A DNA stretch of 57,000 bases, counting the filler, from Bipalium vagum (lineage: Eukaryota), in assembly GCA_037834085.1 (NCBI GenBank). It is 3 parts of 3 records of this genome, joined end to end, with 100 filler letters (N's around TTAATTAATTAA, not from the genome) between each part and the next. Parts side by side here need not be neighbours in the genome. Positions count along the whole stretch, not along the records: positions 20,588 to 40,886 come from JBBMKC010255969.1; 2 more parts are not named here. One strand, written 5' to 3'. The translations under genes and the position numbers were made by a program. Below the pieces are notes generated by a model. That model did no database searches. It was not told where the DNA came from and saw only the letters and a list, made by a program, of their open reading frames with translations. How positions within the stretch are numbered: position 1 is the stretch's first letter; the number at the start of each line of letters is the position of its first letter. Positions 25,866 to 39,189 of this stretch are shown one piece after another.

Positions 25866-26835
25866 CAGTGCCCTGATCTGGTCATATTTGGCAATTCATT
25901 TTCTCATTTTGAATTGAGTATAAATAATTCCTGATACACGTGGTTAAATATATTGTGTTATTTGAGATACTCAACCACATTTAAAATTTTGAATTTAAAA
26001 AACATTTTTGAACCACTAAAATTTAAATAAAATGCCTTTTGTGCATAATGAAATGAAATTTGTCAAATTGAGAATATTTTTAACTTAACCGCGATTTAGG
26101 ACCATCATTTTTAATTAACCATTTATAACCTCATAATTTTTTATTGATCCATTTTTTATTGATTAGTTTTAATTTATCAAAAAAAATTAATTAACCGTCA
26201 CAATAAAAAAGAACAACAAATAATTCGATAATACAAAAAATTTATTCAAATTTTAGTAAATCAAACTTTTTTCCAGAAAATTTTTGTGCTCTTTGTCGAG
26301 CCACAAATTCTAGCATCAATTTTATCCTTGCACCCATTTATATTTTTAGGCGTTCCTTAATTTTGTTGTAACTTTCCTTGTTTTGAGTATGTGAGTTTTC
26401 ATGATAATCCACAAATTCATACTTGTAACAGACCGATTTATCCTCATAGGTTTTCTCTTTGACAAGGCATTTATAAACCTGTGCTTCATCAGTATGAATA
26501 GACAACTCTTTGAATTATCAGCAATATTGATAATTTACTTTTGTTCTCAATATAAGTAATAAATCCTTACAACCAATGATGCACAAAGCACAATATTGCT
26601 GTTTTAGTACTCTCCCTCTACGACCATTAAATTAAAAAAATGATGGTTCGCGATTTTTTGCGAATTTGATAAAATATATTCTTTCTATATTTGAAACCAA
26701 AATCTAATTAGAAACTTTTAGAATTTTGAACAATATTTGTGACCCTGTTTTGGTCCAACTTAAGCAGGTTTTTATTATTTAAATATGACATTTTATGTAT
26801 GATCAATAAAAAGGGTCTAACCAGATCATGACAGT
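25866..26835 (-). mobile_element. Merlin transposon remnant
   Basis: IHTDEAQVYKCL...SVCYKYEFVD...HTQNKESYN at about 26340-26500; imperfect inverted ends TGCCCTGATCTGGT and ACCAGATCATGACA. Confidence 0.75.
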
Positions 26836-27126
26836 TTTTACTTTTAAAATGATAATTTAAATTATAATATAAAAAATATTAAAAAATAAAAACTATGGAC
26901 TTCAAACTTCTTGATGTTAATGATTTTTTCTATAATGGTGGCCCATAAACTTTCGGAATTTGTGTCATTATAATGATATATTGTAAAGAAAAAATACATT
27001 ATTCGTCATAAAACGAAAATCGCTGATTTCGAAAAGGTTGGATGTATATATTTTCTTCTCTCACACGCTCTTTTGTTAATTCATGTTAATGTAAATAAAT
27101 TTTTATTTATCATATAGACATACACC

Positions 27127-27549
27127 TGTATCAAGTACAGCAGTAGAGACAATTATGTACAATGATTAAATGTCATATTCACATAGTCTCTAGGTGATGG
27201 CAGTGTGACGGATCCTAGAGTTCAAAACGACACTATATATAAAATTTAATGCACGTTAGGGGTCGGGACAGATCACTCTGTGCACCATCGATAGTAAATT
27301 GATCTCTGCCCCTCATTGCAGTCGATACCTGCCAATGGAGCACAGGAAAAACACTCAAACCACAATAAAGGGATATGATATATACATAGAACACCTATAA
27401 ACACATACGATTGAAAGTTGAGAGTACAATAATCATGGGAGATATTAAGAAAGGAAATGCCCACGAAGACGAGATTGTAATAAGATTGAGGATTCAGAGT
27501 ATACAGAAAATAAATATCAAGATTATACTTTTGTAAACGTTGCTATACA
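27127..27549. mobile_element. Possible solo LTR
   Basis: GC-elevated block with TGTAT...ATACA termini, a TATA-like box and AATAAA; no target-site duplication is visible. Confidence 0.35.
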
Positions 27550-30506
27550 GTTTCTTTGGAAGCACAAACGCAGCAAAAAAATCACCACTTTGGAATTTTT
27601 AAATTAATAAGCCTGTTTTCTTTTCTTAATGACATTTAAAAATATGTTCAATAATATACTCAGCAATAATATGACTTAGTTGGAACTCGTTCAATAATAA
27701 TACTCAAACCAGAATTTTTATTACAAAATTTAAATTTTTTACTGCAAATTTGTTTTAATTATGTTTCTTTATGTTAAATACATGTATAGTACATGTAAAT
27801 GTTAATATTCGAAAAAATACTAATGTGTCGCCTTTGGAACTTTTGAATTCTATATTTTTTCATTTTTATTGATTTTTTTAATATATGTGGAAACGAAAAT
27901 ACTGTGAGTTCATTTGACTATTATTTTTCTTACAATTATTATCAACATTTTGTATCTGAAAAATATTTTTTTTTTCTTTGAAGTTATATTTTGTAAGATT
28001 TAATTTTAATTGGTTAAATTAAAAATTGCAATTTATTATGTTTAATGCAACGAGTAATAAATTTAAATTAAATAATAATATTTATTTGAAAAAAAAAAGA
28101 AAAATTATTAAAAAAGGTCACCCAATTCTTTCTTTGAAAGATGAATGTGTCTTTAGAAAATATTAAGCATCGTTTCTTCTTGTTACCATAGCAGCTCAGA
28201 TCATAGTTTAACATTTATAGTAAGGAAATATTAATTTTAGCACTTTCAAAATATGCAAAAGTTAATTTAACGTTATATTTAAATTTAGTACAAAACCATC
28301 TTAATGTTTTATTGGTAACCATTTGTTGTGAATGATTAGCATCTGCATGGCATGGACTGGTTCAGCTTGATTTTCATATTTTTAACGGGCTTTCTAATTT
28401 AAAATGTAAACTTGACATCATTCATCGAAATTTTTTGACTTTTTACTGAATTTTCTATTCAGATTTGAAATTGGGAATTCCAGTTTTAAGTTTTAATATT
28501 GATTTTGTCAATAATTTTTGAAATAAATACACTACACAGAACATTCTATCCTTTGAAACACATTTTTATGTGAGAAATATAATAATATCTGACAAAGACA
28601 TAATATAACATTTATTTCACGATTATCTTATCTTTCTGCATAGTATTTACCATAACGGTGATTTTTACTGACCATATTTCTTCTCAGGTTCCATGATCCA
28701 ACTGTTATGATCGTTGACTCATCTAAACTGCTTTTTTGATTAATAATAGACAGGAGTGCTTTTTTAATTTTGAAGTTTAAATAATATTCATAAAACCTGT
28801 TGCAGGATAATTTTTGTCACATTTCATTAAAGTAGTCGAAAATCTTTTCTAATCGTAGACATGAATTTGTTTTTTCTTTTATTCCATGATTTACTTTCAT
28901 AATTTTTAAAAATGTTTAGGCAATTTGATGACAGTGAATTGTGATTTCTCAATTCCCAATATTGAGAGTCTGTTCCTTTTGAATTTTCTCACTATAAATA
29001 TTGATTTTTAAAAATTTTCCAATTCGTAATTGTTAATGTTTGTTGCGGCCACGTTAAACGTATTAATCGAATTCATAAGTCAAGATTGAACTAAATATTT
29101 ATTTCAAAAAGGACCGTTGAGTTGTAAGAGTAATATCGTTTTATTTAATATTTAATTAAATTAAAATATATTAATAAAATTTTAATTATTATAATAGTTT
29201 TAAAATGAAGAAATAAAACCAAAATGGAACATTAACTATAAAATCAGATTTTCCTTGTTTAAAATATTTTAAATTTCAAATTTCTAAATTTTCTTTTTTT
29301 ATAATTTTTTAATAATTTTGATTTTTTTATATTATATTACTTTTTTAATTTGTTATATTATTTATTTTTTTTATTATTTTAGGATTTTTGGAATTTTATT
29401 AAATATTTCTTAATATTAAATATTTTTCTTTTTATTTTTACATTTTTGTAAATTTTAAAATGTTCTCATCTTACTTTAAAAACTTTTGGAATTTTTAAAA
29501 ATCTTTTTTTCATATTTTTAATTTTTTATATTATAAATATAACTATATTATTAAATATTATTAAAAATTAATAATGATTCATAATATTTTTTTAAAATGT
29601 TATTAAAATTTTTAATATTTAATTTTTTCATTTTCACATTTTTTCAATTCTTACTTTTTCATGATTTTATATAATAATTCATAAAAAATTGAAAAATCTG
29701 TAATTTAAAATGTTGTTTCTTCATTTTAGTGCTTCTTATGATATTAATTATTTTTATTTATTTTTAAAACTTTTAACATTTAAAAAATAAAACTTTAAAA
29801 TTTTAATTTATATTTTTTAAAATTACGATGATAATTAATACTTTTTTTTAAAAAGATCCTTAAAATTCCATTTTGATATAAAAAATTTAAAAAGTTTTAT
29901 TAAAAAAAATATTGATTTTAATTAAATTTAAAATTAGGAATAAATTAAAACAAATATTTTATTAATTTTTCTTTATTAAATATTAATCAATACTGCGGTA
30001 GAAATAATTTATTATTTTTTAAGTGAAAGGATCTTTCTGCACGCTATATATCAATAATCTGACACTATATGATATTAATCAAAGTTAACGTTAAACAACC
30101 TATAACATTGAATTAAAACTGTTCCAAAGTTATTATGGAAATCATTTAGTTATTGAAGTTTTTAATTGAGCGTATTTACCAGTGAGACCATCTTTTGAAA
30201 TGCTTATATAATATTCAGATGATAACCACCGAACCGTCACAATTTTAATTAAAAGAAATTTTCTGCAAGCACTGTCGTCATTGTTGAAATGATTACTTTT
30301 TTATTTTTGATTTATTTTTCATTTACGACAGAAATTCAATTAATCTTGCATTATAATGATTTTTTCGAAGTCAAATCAATCGGATTTTTTTCATTTATAT
30401 AAAAATATTTTACTTGGAATTTTTTTTCGGAATTTCATTTTATAGGATAACAATTTTTTCAATTGATTTATCCATGCTTTAAATCGTTTTTCTGTTTCAA
30501 TATTCA

Positions 30507-30864
30507 CAGTAAAACCTGGTAAATATTGAACGTCAACGTTCTGACTTTTCCACACGTTCCTAATGAGAAATAATATGAACAAAAGTATATGTGACTTTCT
30601 TTTTATCGAGTATTTAAATCTGATACAGAAAGTGAATCTCAAGATTTTAGAAGTTTGTTTATACACACAAATGAAAGATTTTATTTTGATGCAAGAAAGC
30701 GTTTATTTATCATTAAACGAAAGCTAATAATTCTATTACCTTTCGTTTCATTTCAATCGATAAATCTCTTTTTCGTTTTGTACTCATCTTTTGCTTATTA
30801 ATAATAGGCGGATAATATTTATTTGAAAAAACCAAATATTGTTCATATTGACCAGGTTTCACTG
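30507..30864. mobile_element. pogo/Tigger-type MITE (358 bp)
   Basis: TIRs CAGTAAAACCTGGTAAATATTGAAC and GTTCATATTGACCAGGTTTCACTG; flanked by CA and TA. Confidence 0.85.
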
Positions 30865-31199
30865 TATAAATATGCACAAAATCACATAAAATCTAATTCA
30901 ATCTGTTTATGAAATATTATCAGCAGATGTCGAAACGATTTTGGTTTATCAAATCCAAAAGATCAAAGACATGATCTAAAGGTTTTTGAATATTATTCAT
31001 ATTTTCTTGGAGTCTCGCAGTTTCTTTGCCGCGGTTCTTCAAAAATAATATTGACAATTTAAAATCAAAGAATGTGAAAATTAATATGATGAACATGTGT
31101 ATTTTATCGTAATTTTTTCAATAGTGATTTGCACATTTTTTTCTAATTTTAAAAACGTTGGGATATGGAATTATTATTTGCCCATAATGACAATTGTAG

Positions 31200-31382
31200 G
31201 CTGTAAAACGCGGCAGTATGAGAGGTCTGGGATCTCTACAAAATCAAGTGGAAGGAGCTTTGAAAAATACTGCCGATAAGTATGCAAGTTTGCAGCATGT
31301 AGAAAGTCTATGTCTCAGACGAGCTATGACACACGAACGAGAAAGATTCTGCTTTTTATTCACTTGTATGAAGCCATTCCTG
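31200..31382 (+). CDS. MTSS1: MTSS1-like exon 5
   Basis: AVKRG...LQNQVEGALKNTADKYASLQHVESLCLRRAMTHERERFCFLFTCMKPFL versus IQPQLDSALQDVNDKYLLLEETEKQAVRKALIEERGRFCTFISMLRPVI; phase 0-0. Confidence 0.94.
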
Positions 31383-32607
31383 GTAACATTGGATATTTTT
31401 TGTTTTAGAATTATTTTTCCAAATAAACCATTAGAAAATGAGTTCAGTGTTAATAACATTATTCACTAATAGGAATCTTTATCTGTCAAGGACATTTCAT
31501 CAAATTCATTGCATTTATTGGGTTCCATCAAAATATATCCCCATTAATCTTATTTAATGATCAATCTTTGATAAATAATTGTGATTTGAATTGATATGCT
31601 GTCAAAAACTAATTGTCATTAGACCTGAAATTTACCAAGTACCAGCAAGAAACCAATAAAAGTTTAATGGAACGATATAAATTGATGTTCTCATTTTCGT
31701 ACTGAATCAATTTTAATATCTATTAATCATTTCTTTCTTTTTTTCGTTTCTCATAAAACCAATTGTCTGTCTAAGATAGGTGAATGTTGCTTGTGACTTG
31801 TCGTGATGTCAGTGAGCAGTTGAATAGGAGTAACAATGCATACCGAAAATATTTTGAAAAGGCTTTGTTTATTGTTTCGAAATACGGAGATAGAACTTGT
31901 AGAAAAGTGATTCTTTAGCGTTGTTGTTGGTGACCTGCGAGAAAGGTTTGAAAAGCGAAAAAGAAATGATTGAAATTTTTCATTACAGTTACTTTTATTG
32001 AACGACACAATCTCCAAGGAAATTCAATATACGACATATAATATATTGTCTGTCATGCTTTATAATGTGACTTGTGAAAAAATCTCAATATCACTAAGAT
32101 TGTTTATGTGGGTTTTCGGTAATAATTCTATATTCAAAACAACTGGAGATGGTTCAATACCGGTAGCCATGTAATATTAATTAGGGATTGTAAAAAAACG
32201 TAATTGAAATTACATTTTAGGCAGTGTGAAGATCTGGATAAGCCATTAAACTAGTCTCCCCTTTCTCGTTATTTCTTCATATTTCTTCATACCGAAATGG
32301 TTCAGTCAACTGCAGTAACACATTTTCAACATTTCAAACTTGGTCAAAGTTGTGAGAATAAATTTGATGTCCATCGCGTAAACGAACACTCGGATAAACG
32401 TATTATTAATTAAGGTTGACTAATTAGACCATTGTTTATAAATTCCCACAATTTTTATAGTACACGACCTATTGGACTGAATTAGTGAGAAAATTAAGTC
32501 TAGTACTTGGAGGATGAACAAGTGTTTTTCGATGAAAACTACATTTTTCTCTCTGTTTTTTTTCCATTGAATATCTTGTAAAATTTCATTGAAATGTAAT
32601 CTAACAG

Positions 32608-32883
32608 GAATGTCAAATCAGTCTGTTAACTGACATATCTGGCTTGGACGAATTGTTGAAAACACTCACACTGAACACCGATTCACCGGACCGACTTCCT
32701 GTTGAATCTGAAGAAGTCATCCAGCAAATAATCGATCCAGACCTGGCTGGGTCAAAGAAAAATAATTGCAACATCAGTGGAAACACGGGATTTTCCAGTG
32801 GATTCGGAAGTCGCAAATCCAGTATTGCTTCTATCAACAGTCATCAGTCATTAAGTTCAGGCTGCGGTCCATCGACAACAGCG
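32608..32883 (+). CDS. MTSS1: MTSS1-like exon 6 (end of IMD, start of Ser-rich region)
   Basis: ECQISLLTDISGLDELLKTLTLNTDSPDRLPVESEEVI versus EEEISMLGEITHLQTISEDLKSLTMDPHKLPSSSEQVI; conserved SRKSS; CAG acceptor and GTAATT donor. Confidence 0.93.
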
Positions 32884-32949
32884 GTAATTTTATATGTTTT
32901 CCTACATTGCTCTAAATGTCTCATGAATTTCTTAACGAATCAAAACTAG

Positions 32950-33063
32950 ATCAAACTCGGTCAGCGCACTTCCGATTTATTAATAAATTATTATGAACAC
33001 ATTCGTTCTTTCCGACCTGGTGAATCGATAAATTCTCTTTTCCATTCCAATGCAATATCTAAA
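32950..33063 (+). CDS. Candidate symmetric 114-nt MTSS1-like exon
   Basis: TAG acceptor after a 66-nt intron, open frame IKLGQRTSDLLINYYEHIRSFRPGESINSLFHSNAISK, GTAAAC donor, phase 0-0. No homology support. Confidence 0.4.
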
Positions 33064-34199
33064 GTAAACATTCTTTACTGCCACCTTCCTAATGCTGTTG
33101 ACATGCTTGCAAAACGTTCTTAATGCTGCTAATTTATTAGACTTTAGACACGCTGCCTAATTTTAAAAATCTTTTTGCATTTTTACACTTTTTTCTTCGG
33201 TCATCTCAATTTTCAATGTGTCACCTTCACGATGTGTTACATCAAAGGTGTAGTTGAAAAATAGTTTTCGTTTTATAACTCTCTGAATATGATGAGAATG
33301 TTGATATAATTGTCTTGTAATCACTCGACTTTCAAACACTAATAATACTTGACAATGTACCTCTTATCTTTTCAAATGGTTCCTGATTTTCAGCGGAAAT
33401 TCGTTGTGGATACAAACGATAAATGTTTGGAAAATAGATAAATGAAGGACAGATTATTAAAATATGTCCTCCGAAATGTGCATAGGATTCATAGATTATT
33501 ATCTCAATGTATTATGCTGGGCATTATTATTGAAGACAGAAAAAAGTACAAGTTGTACTGGTTTTATTTCTAAATGATTTGGAGGGAAATATATTAGTTT
33601 TCCTATTATTCTTTATCTTTCTCTTTTAAGCTAAATATTGTCTTGGTAAAAAAATTGTAGAGAGATTAATTGTAATGATGAATGAAAATAACAAAGATAT
33701 ATCTGAATAATAATTTATTATTTATATTATTATTATTACTTATATTATTAATTAATTATTATTATTCATTATTTATAATTATTAGTATCATTATTATTTT
33801 TAATTATATATAATTAATTATTATTAATATTAATAGTTATTACTAATTATATTAATTAATTAAAAATTAATTATTTTTATTATTATTGCATTAATTATTA
33901 TTATAATTAATTAAATATGCACCACAAGGTTTATTTGTACTTGAGTAATATTTCTATAATTTTATTTTTGTTTTAATTTTGGTAATATCATTGATCTATT
34001 GCAGAAATAGGAGGAGTAGAAAATGATAATATTCATAAAAATATCAATTTTGTCTTGTTATTGATCTATTTTTTTGGAACATTAAAAGTATTCACTAAAA
34101 ATTAAAAAGAATTATAAATTAAATTAACAAATATAACTTGTTCAAAATAAAATAATTTTAATTGTAAGTTTTATCGGAAGATTTTCTTGGTGTTTTAAG

Positions 34200-34620
34200 G
34201 AATATTTTCGTTTCCATTTTTCTCAATCTTCTCATTATCTTCTTTCCTAAGAGTATAGTCAATGTTTCTACCACTTGGGAGCTCTTTTCTTGTCAATGAT
34301 GTCCATTGAATATGTTATATGATCGTTTTCTCTGCATAATTATTGATCGTGGCTTTTTAAGCGAAAATTATAACGTGGTTGGATTTCTCACCAAATTTCC
34401 TGTCGGTGGTTTTTCCAATGTCCAATTCTGTCAAACAAGACCACTTCTGTTAATTATTAAATTCTCTTTAATTGTTTTGGCTAATTGTAATTATTTTTTT
34501 ATTGCTTTGTTAACGAACTTTTCTGTCATCATTATCTATTTATGTATTGATTTTTTTGTCGAGGATTTTTTTTTCCGTAAAATTATTAACTTTGGATTTT
34601 ATTACGATTGTAGGATAACT
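34200..34620 (-). mobile_element. Decayed Merlin transposase fragment
   Basis: VRNPTTL and KPRSIIM resemble the Merlin motifs V..R...TL and KPGSII.SD. Confidence 0.45.
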
Positions 34621-34966
34621 CAAATTTGTTAATTTTTATATTATATATTTATATTAATCTTGTGAACATGATTAATTTACTCTTTTAAAAAGGTTTTTTA
34701 TCGATTGGCGACAATTTTTAAAAAAAAATAATTAATATGATAAATGTTTCGATTTTCAAGCAATTTTGATAAAAATTATGAACAAAAAATTTACAAATCA
34801 TTGTTAATTAAAAATAGACCACCAGAGATTATTATCAAAACAGAAGAAAGTAGAAACCAGTGGGTTGTAAGTGGGTTCTCTCATTATTTAATAAAATAAA
34901 GGTAATTTAAACCAATTAAAATTTGATGAAATATAAATTTGAGAATTTAATATAATATAATTATTA

Positions 34967-35134
34967 NNNNNNNNNNNNNNNNNNNNNNNNNNNNNNNNNN
35001 NNNNNNNNNNNNNNNNNNNNNNNNNNNNNNNNNNNNNNNNNNNNNNNNNNNNNNNNNNNNNNNNNNNNNNNNNNNNNNNNNNNNNNNNNNNNNNNNNNNN
35101 NNNNNNNNNNNNNNNNNNNNNNNNNNNNNNNNNN
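34967..35134. other. Assembly gap
   Basis: Run of N. Confidence 1.
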
Positions 35135-35460
35135 ATAATATTTTATGGTATTTTATATTATTATATTTATAACAAAGGATCATGTAAAAATGGCGGATAA
35201 TTGTTATCTAGAAATTTTTATTTTCCAGTTTATATTTATCCACTGAAAATATTACTGTTTTCTCATTCGATTTGATTCAAGATCATTTTTAAAAACGTTA
35301 CGTCTGACATGTCACGTAGAAATTTCTGTAAAACATGCATTGATTTAAATTAGAAAATAATTATAAACAAAAGCATTTGGTTATAGTTTATATTCTCCAA
35401 GCCTGTACACCTAAGTTTGCAAAATAATCCATTAGTCAATATTGGTTTCTTAGAAGAAGT

Positions 35461-35640
35461 TTTGGTCTGTTTATGTCTAATATTCTTTAATAACCGGACT
35501 AAAGCTTGTTTCAAGAAAAATGTGGTCTATCAGGCAATCAACCAGTTCTTTTTGGTCTGTTTATTTTTAATCTTCTTTAATAACCGGACTAAAGCTTGTT
35601 TCAAGCAAAATGTGGTCTATCAGGCAATAAACCGGTTCTT
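35461..35640. repeat. 90-bp tandem duplication (two copies)
   Basis: TTTGGTCTGTTTAT...TAACCGGACTAAAGCTTGTTTCAAG...GGTCTATCAGGCAAT..ACC.GTTCTT at 35461 and again at 35551. Confidence 0.95.
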
Positions 35641-36219
35641 TTTGTTGAAATTATGGAATAAAACGAGATTTTTGAACCATAGGCACAAGAATTACCATGC
35701 TTACAGATTTGCAATACGCTCTGACGGAGAATTAATTGTTTTCCGTTCAATCAATGAAGGTTGTAAATTGTTTGAATGAGCGGAGAAATTGATGTGAAAT
35801 GTATGAAAATATCGAGTCGAATATTTACATCTTGAAATTGAAATTGTTCATTGTCATGTCAATGTGAAATTGAAGTTATGTCAGCCTTTGTCAACAAAAG
35901 TTTGTGTTTACTTAATCTTGTAATACATTTTATTTGTCCATTATCACAATTATCACTTATCCAATATCTCTTTCATTACTTGTTGATGTACCAATCGTTT
36001 TGTTGTTATAGCATTCATCAATTGTCAAAAACTTTATATTGTCATCTGGTTTGTTTCGAGAATAAACCGATCTATATGACATAGAGTTTTATAAGTTTTT
36101 CTTAAATAAAAAATTAAAATTCTCGTGACCCTTGTTCGGAATCATCAAAATTACTCTTTCTTGCAACCTTTGTAATCTGTTAATTTTCAATGATAGTGCA
36201 ATATTTTACATTATGGTGC

Positions 36220-36560
36220 TAGGGTGATTCATAAATTTTCGCCCCTATCTTACGGAAATTAAAACTTATCGCAAAACTGAAGCAACAGTAACATTATTTT
36301 TTGAAATAAAGATCGTTATTGACTATGGTTGTCTTCCATTTTTCTGTCACTTGAATAATTCAATGACGGTACCGCTTGGTTAGTTTGGATTTGAAGAACT
36401 CACGGCATCCATTTTGACTTTCTCCTCTGAATCGAATTTCTGTCCCCTCAGAAGTGAGTCAAAGAATGCAAAGGCGGAAGTCCCTTTGAGCAAAGTTATA
36501 GCTTTAGGTAGGGTGGGATAGAAATTCCATTCCAAATTTCCTAGAGACCAGTTCAAAAAA
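36220..36560 (-). mobile_element. Decayed mariner C-terminal fragment with TIR
   Basis: TAGGGTGATTC terminus; degenerate ILSHP...D.LF and RW....N.D.Y peptides. Confidence 0.5.
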
Positions 36561-36848
36561 ATTGTACTTTCTGAAATGAGTCAGTTCAGTTCATCACACT
36601 TGGTTTTTTGAGTTTTATTCATATTCATATAAATTGGAACTTAAATTTTATTTTATAAAAACAAAAAATTGAAGATTATTGAAAGTTTGTTTTGCATTTT
36701 GGTCAAAACCATCGATAAAAATTCACTCCAACTACTTCAAAATTGTATAAAGCTTATTTTTTCATTGATTTTCACTATTGGTTTATGTACGGTCTTTAAT
36801 TAAAATATGTTTATTTATAAACGCATTATTTATAAATAAATATTTTAG

Positions 36849-37215
36849 AAAGGTGAAACAAATGACACAAATCTTGGAGCCAGTTATTTGTCAATGACAT
36901 CATCTATGCAGGAAGCAAGTGGTTGTAGCGGTGATTACAGAGTTTCCGATGATGATAGTAAGAAAATATCTTCAGAAATCGAAAGATCAGAAGATGATAG
37001 CGATGATGATGAGGGTGAGATTGAGGATGATGATGATGAAGATGAAAGTGATGAAGATGTAAAGACACCGAGCAGTCCATCAGCCTCTTTGTGGAGTGAA
37101 AAATTAAACCCTTCATCTGATGTTGGTCCTAAATTCGTAGCTTCTCGACATACGATAAGTGGATCAAGTGTATATAACAGATCAGCTTTGTCAGCCGGAG
37201 TATTCGAGCCTTTAA
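36849..37215 (+). CDS. MTSS1: MTSS1-like exon 7 (acidic, Ser-rich low-complexity region)
   Basis: TTTTAG acceptor is in phase with exon 6; long open frame with a D/E tract; candidate phase-1 donor at 37216 (an alternative donor at 37200 is possible). Confidence 0.75.
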
Positions 37216-37399
37216 GTAGAGATTTATTCCTTGAATTTGTAAAAGCGTTTTGTGTGGTATTTTGAGTTATTGAATAATTAGAATTTATCTTGAATCGGAG
37301 AGACGTTGAATACGTGAAAAATTAAACAAGAAATAGTATTGTACATGTAAAACAAAGAGTTTTTACAATGTAATCTCTGTGTCGAATTGTACATGATTT

Positions 37400-37780
37400 T
37401 CACATCTATAAAATAAGCTAGACACAATCTTGATGTCTCAATCTATTTTCAACTACCAATGAAATAAAGAAACCCACAGGCCTTAAACATTGAACCAAAA
37501 CCATTGATCAACTGGAATTTTTTCGAAAATCAATAAAAGAGCTATTTTGAACGGAATAATAACTAAAGATCAAAAATATAAAAATGGCCAATCAAAATCA
37601 GCGAAAGATCCACGAGTCCAATTTGTAAACTCCTATTCATACATATATTCGCCGGACATCGATCCATTTGATTACTACGCATTTTCCTTTTTCAAAATTA
37701 TTGAACAAGAGATCAACAATTAGTTCAAATGATGTTCACGTGATCTTCTAAACTCGAATAATGAAAACATTGTATATATA
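37400..37780 (+). mobile_element. DD37D/maT-like transposase remnant
   Basis: SPDIDPFDYY at about 37648-37678. Confidence 0.55.
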
Positions 37781-38176
37781 TTTTTCAAAATTTATCATTG
37801 CCCTATAGAAAAATAAATAAAATTAATGTCTAATTCTTTTCGATTGATCAGACCTGGTCGAATCACATAAATATCATTATAGTTACGGAATAAATTATTT
37901 TTGATCATTATCATAGAATAAAAACTTTATGTTTTATTTTGTTCATCCAGTTATCATAAATATCACTTCTTGACATTTCGAAATTTATAGACTGTTCCAG
38001 CCTATAAATACGAGTTTCTAGTATTTTTGTATTTTTTCTTAAGTGACAATCGAATTATATAGATTTAACAATAAAATTCATGGTAAATATTGATAAATTA
38101 TTGGGTGATTTTTGGAACCAGATAATTATAATAATAATAACAATTTTGTCCATTATCGTTAATATAAAAATAATAG

Positions 38177-38500
38177 ATAAGAAGGAACATCGATCAGATG
38201 CCACATTACCAAAAATGGATCAGTTCAAACAGCTTTATCCAAACCAAGCTATCCCACTGCCTGTGTACACAAACTTGCAGGAATTGACAAATGCTGCTCA
38301 AAGAAAGTTTTCCATGCAACAGCAGCAACAGTCTCAGCAATTGGTATCTGAATCTGAATTAGATACTTCAAATCGAATCTCAACCAATCAGACGACTGTG
38401 TCTGAGCATTATGTTTCGCCTTCTGGCTCGAAAACACCTGGGTTAAGGAGAATGACATTACCGGAAGTTGGGCAAACAGAGAAAGATGTGAAAAATCAAA
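38177..38500 (+). CDS. MTSS1: MTSS1-like exon 8 (3' end uncertain)
   Basis: TAATAG acceptor is phase-compatible with exon 7; ATLPKM...PLPVYTNLQELTNAAQRKF, poly-Q, LRRMTLP. A strong GTAAGA donor lies at 38501, but the frame stays open to 38709. Confidence 0.7.
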
Positions 38501-39189
38501 GTAAGAATAATAATGAAATATATCCAGAAAATAAAGTTTTTAAACGGCGCAATTCGTTAAAGAAAAGCCAACATTTTCGACAAGATATTGATTTTTTTAT
38601 TTATTATCAATTACCTTTATTTATTCTTTCTTTTGAGTGTTTTTTGAAATTAAATTTTCGTTATTTTATGAAAAATATAATAATAATAATAATTTTAATA
38701 TATAATTAATATAATATATTTATAAGTATATTATTATCATTATTATTATTAAAAAATCTGACTTTTTTCAAGAGGTGCCATTTAAAAATAAATCGAAAAA
38801 CATCAAAGAGACAGCCTTTTAGAAAACTAGTGATGTTTATAAATCAGTGAAGGGTAAATCATATCTATTTGGATGTCTACTTTGAAGAAATCCTTTTTTA
38901 CAATACGTGTTCTTTATAACAGAAATTTAAAAATATTACAAAATAGATTTAAAAATATTATCAATTATTTTGTCGCTGTGGTTTCATTTAGTTCTGATAC
39001 CAATGTATTATTTTGATAATAAATAATAATTTTATTTTAATATTTTTTTTGTTTGACTAAAGATGTTTTTGATTTTTAATCTTCATGGTGCAATCAATAT
39101 CTTCACATAAGTAAAATGAGCTTGTTTTCTTCAATTTTAATACCCGGTGTTGATATTTGTTCCTTTGTTACTTCAAAATTTTTGAACTT

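Noticed and set aside
38080-38176. Hydrophobic N-terminus of the 209-aa ORF as a signal or TM segment of a separate gene
   Set aside because: It derives from an (ATA)n-rich intronic tract upstream of a phase-compatible acceptor.
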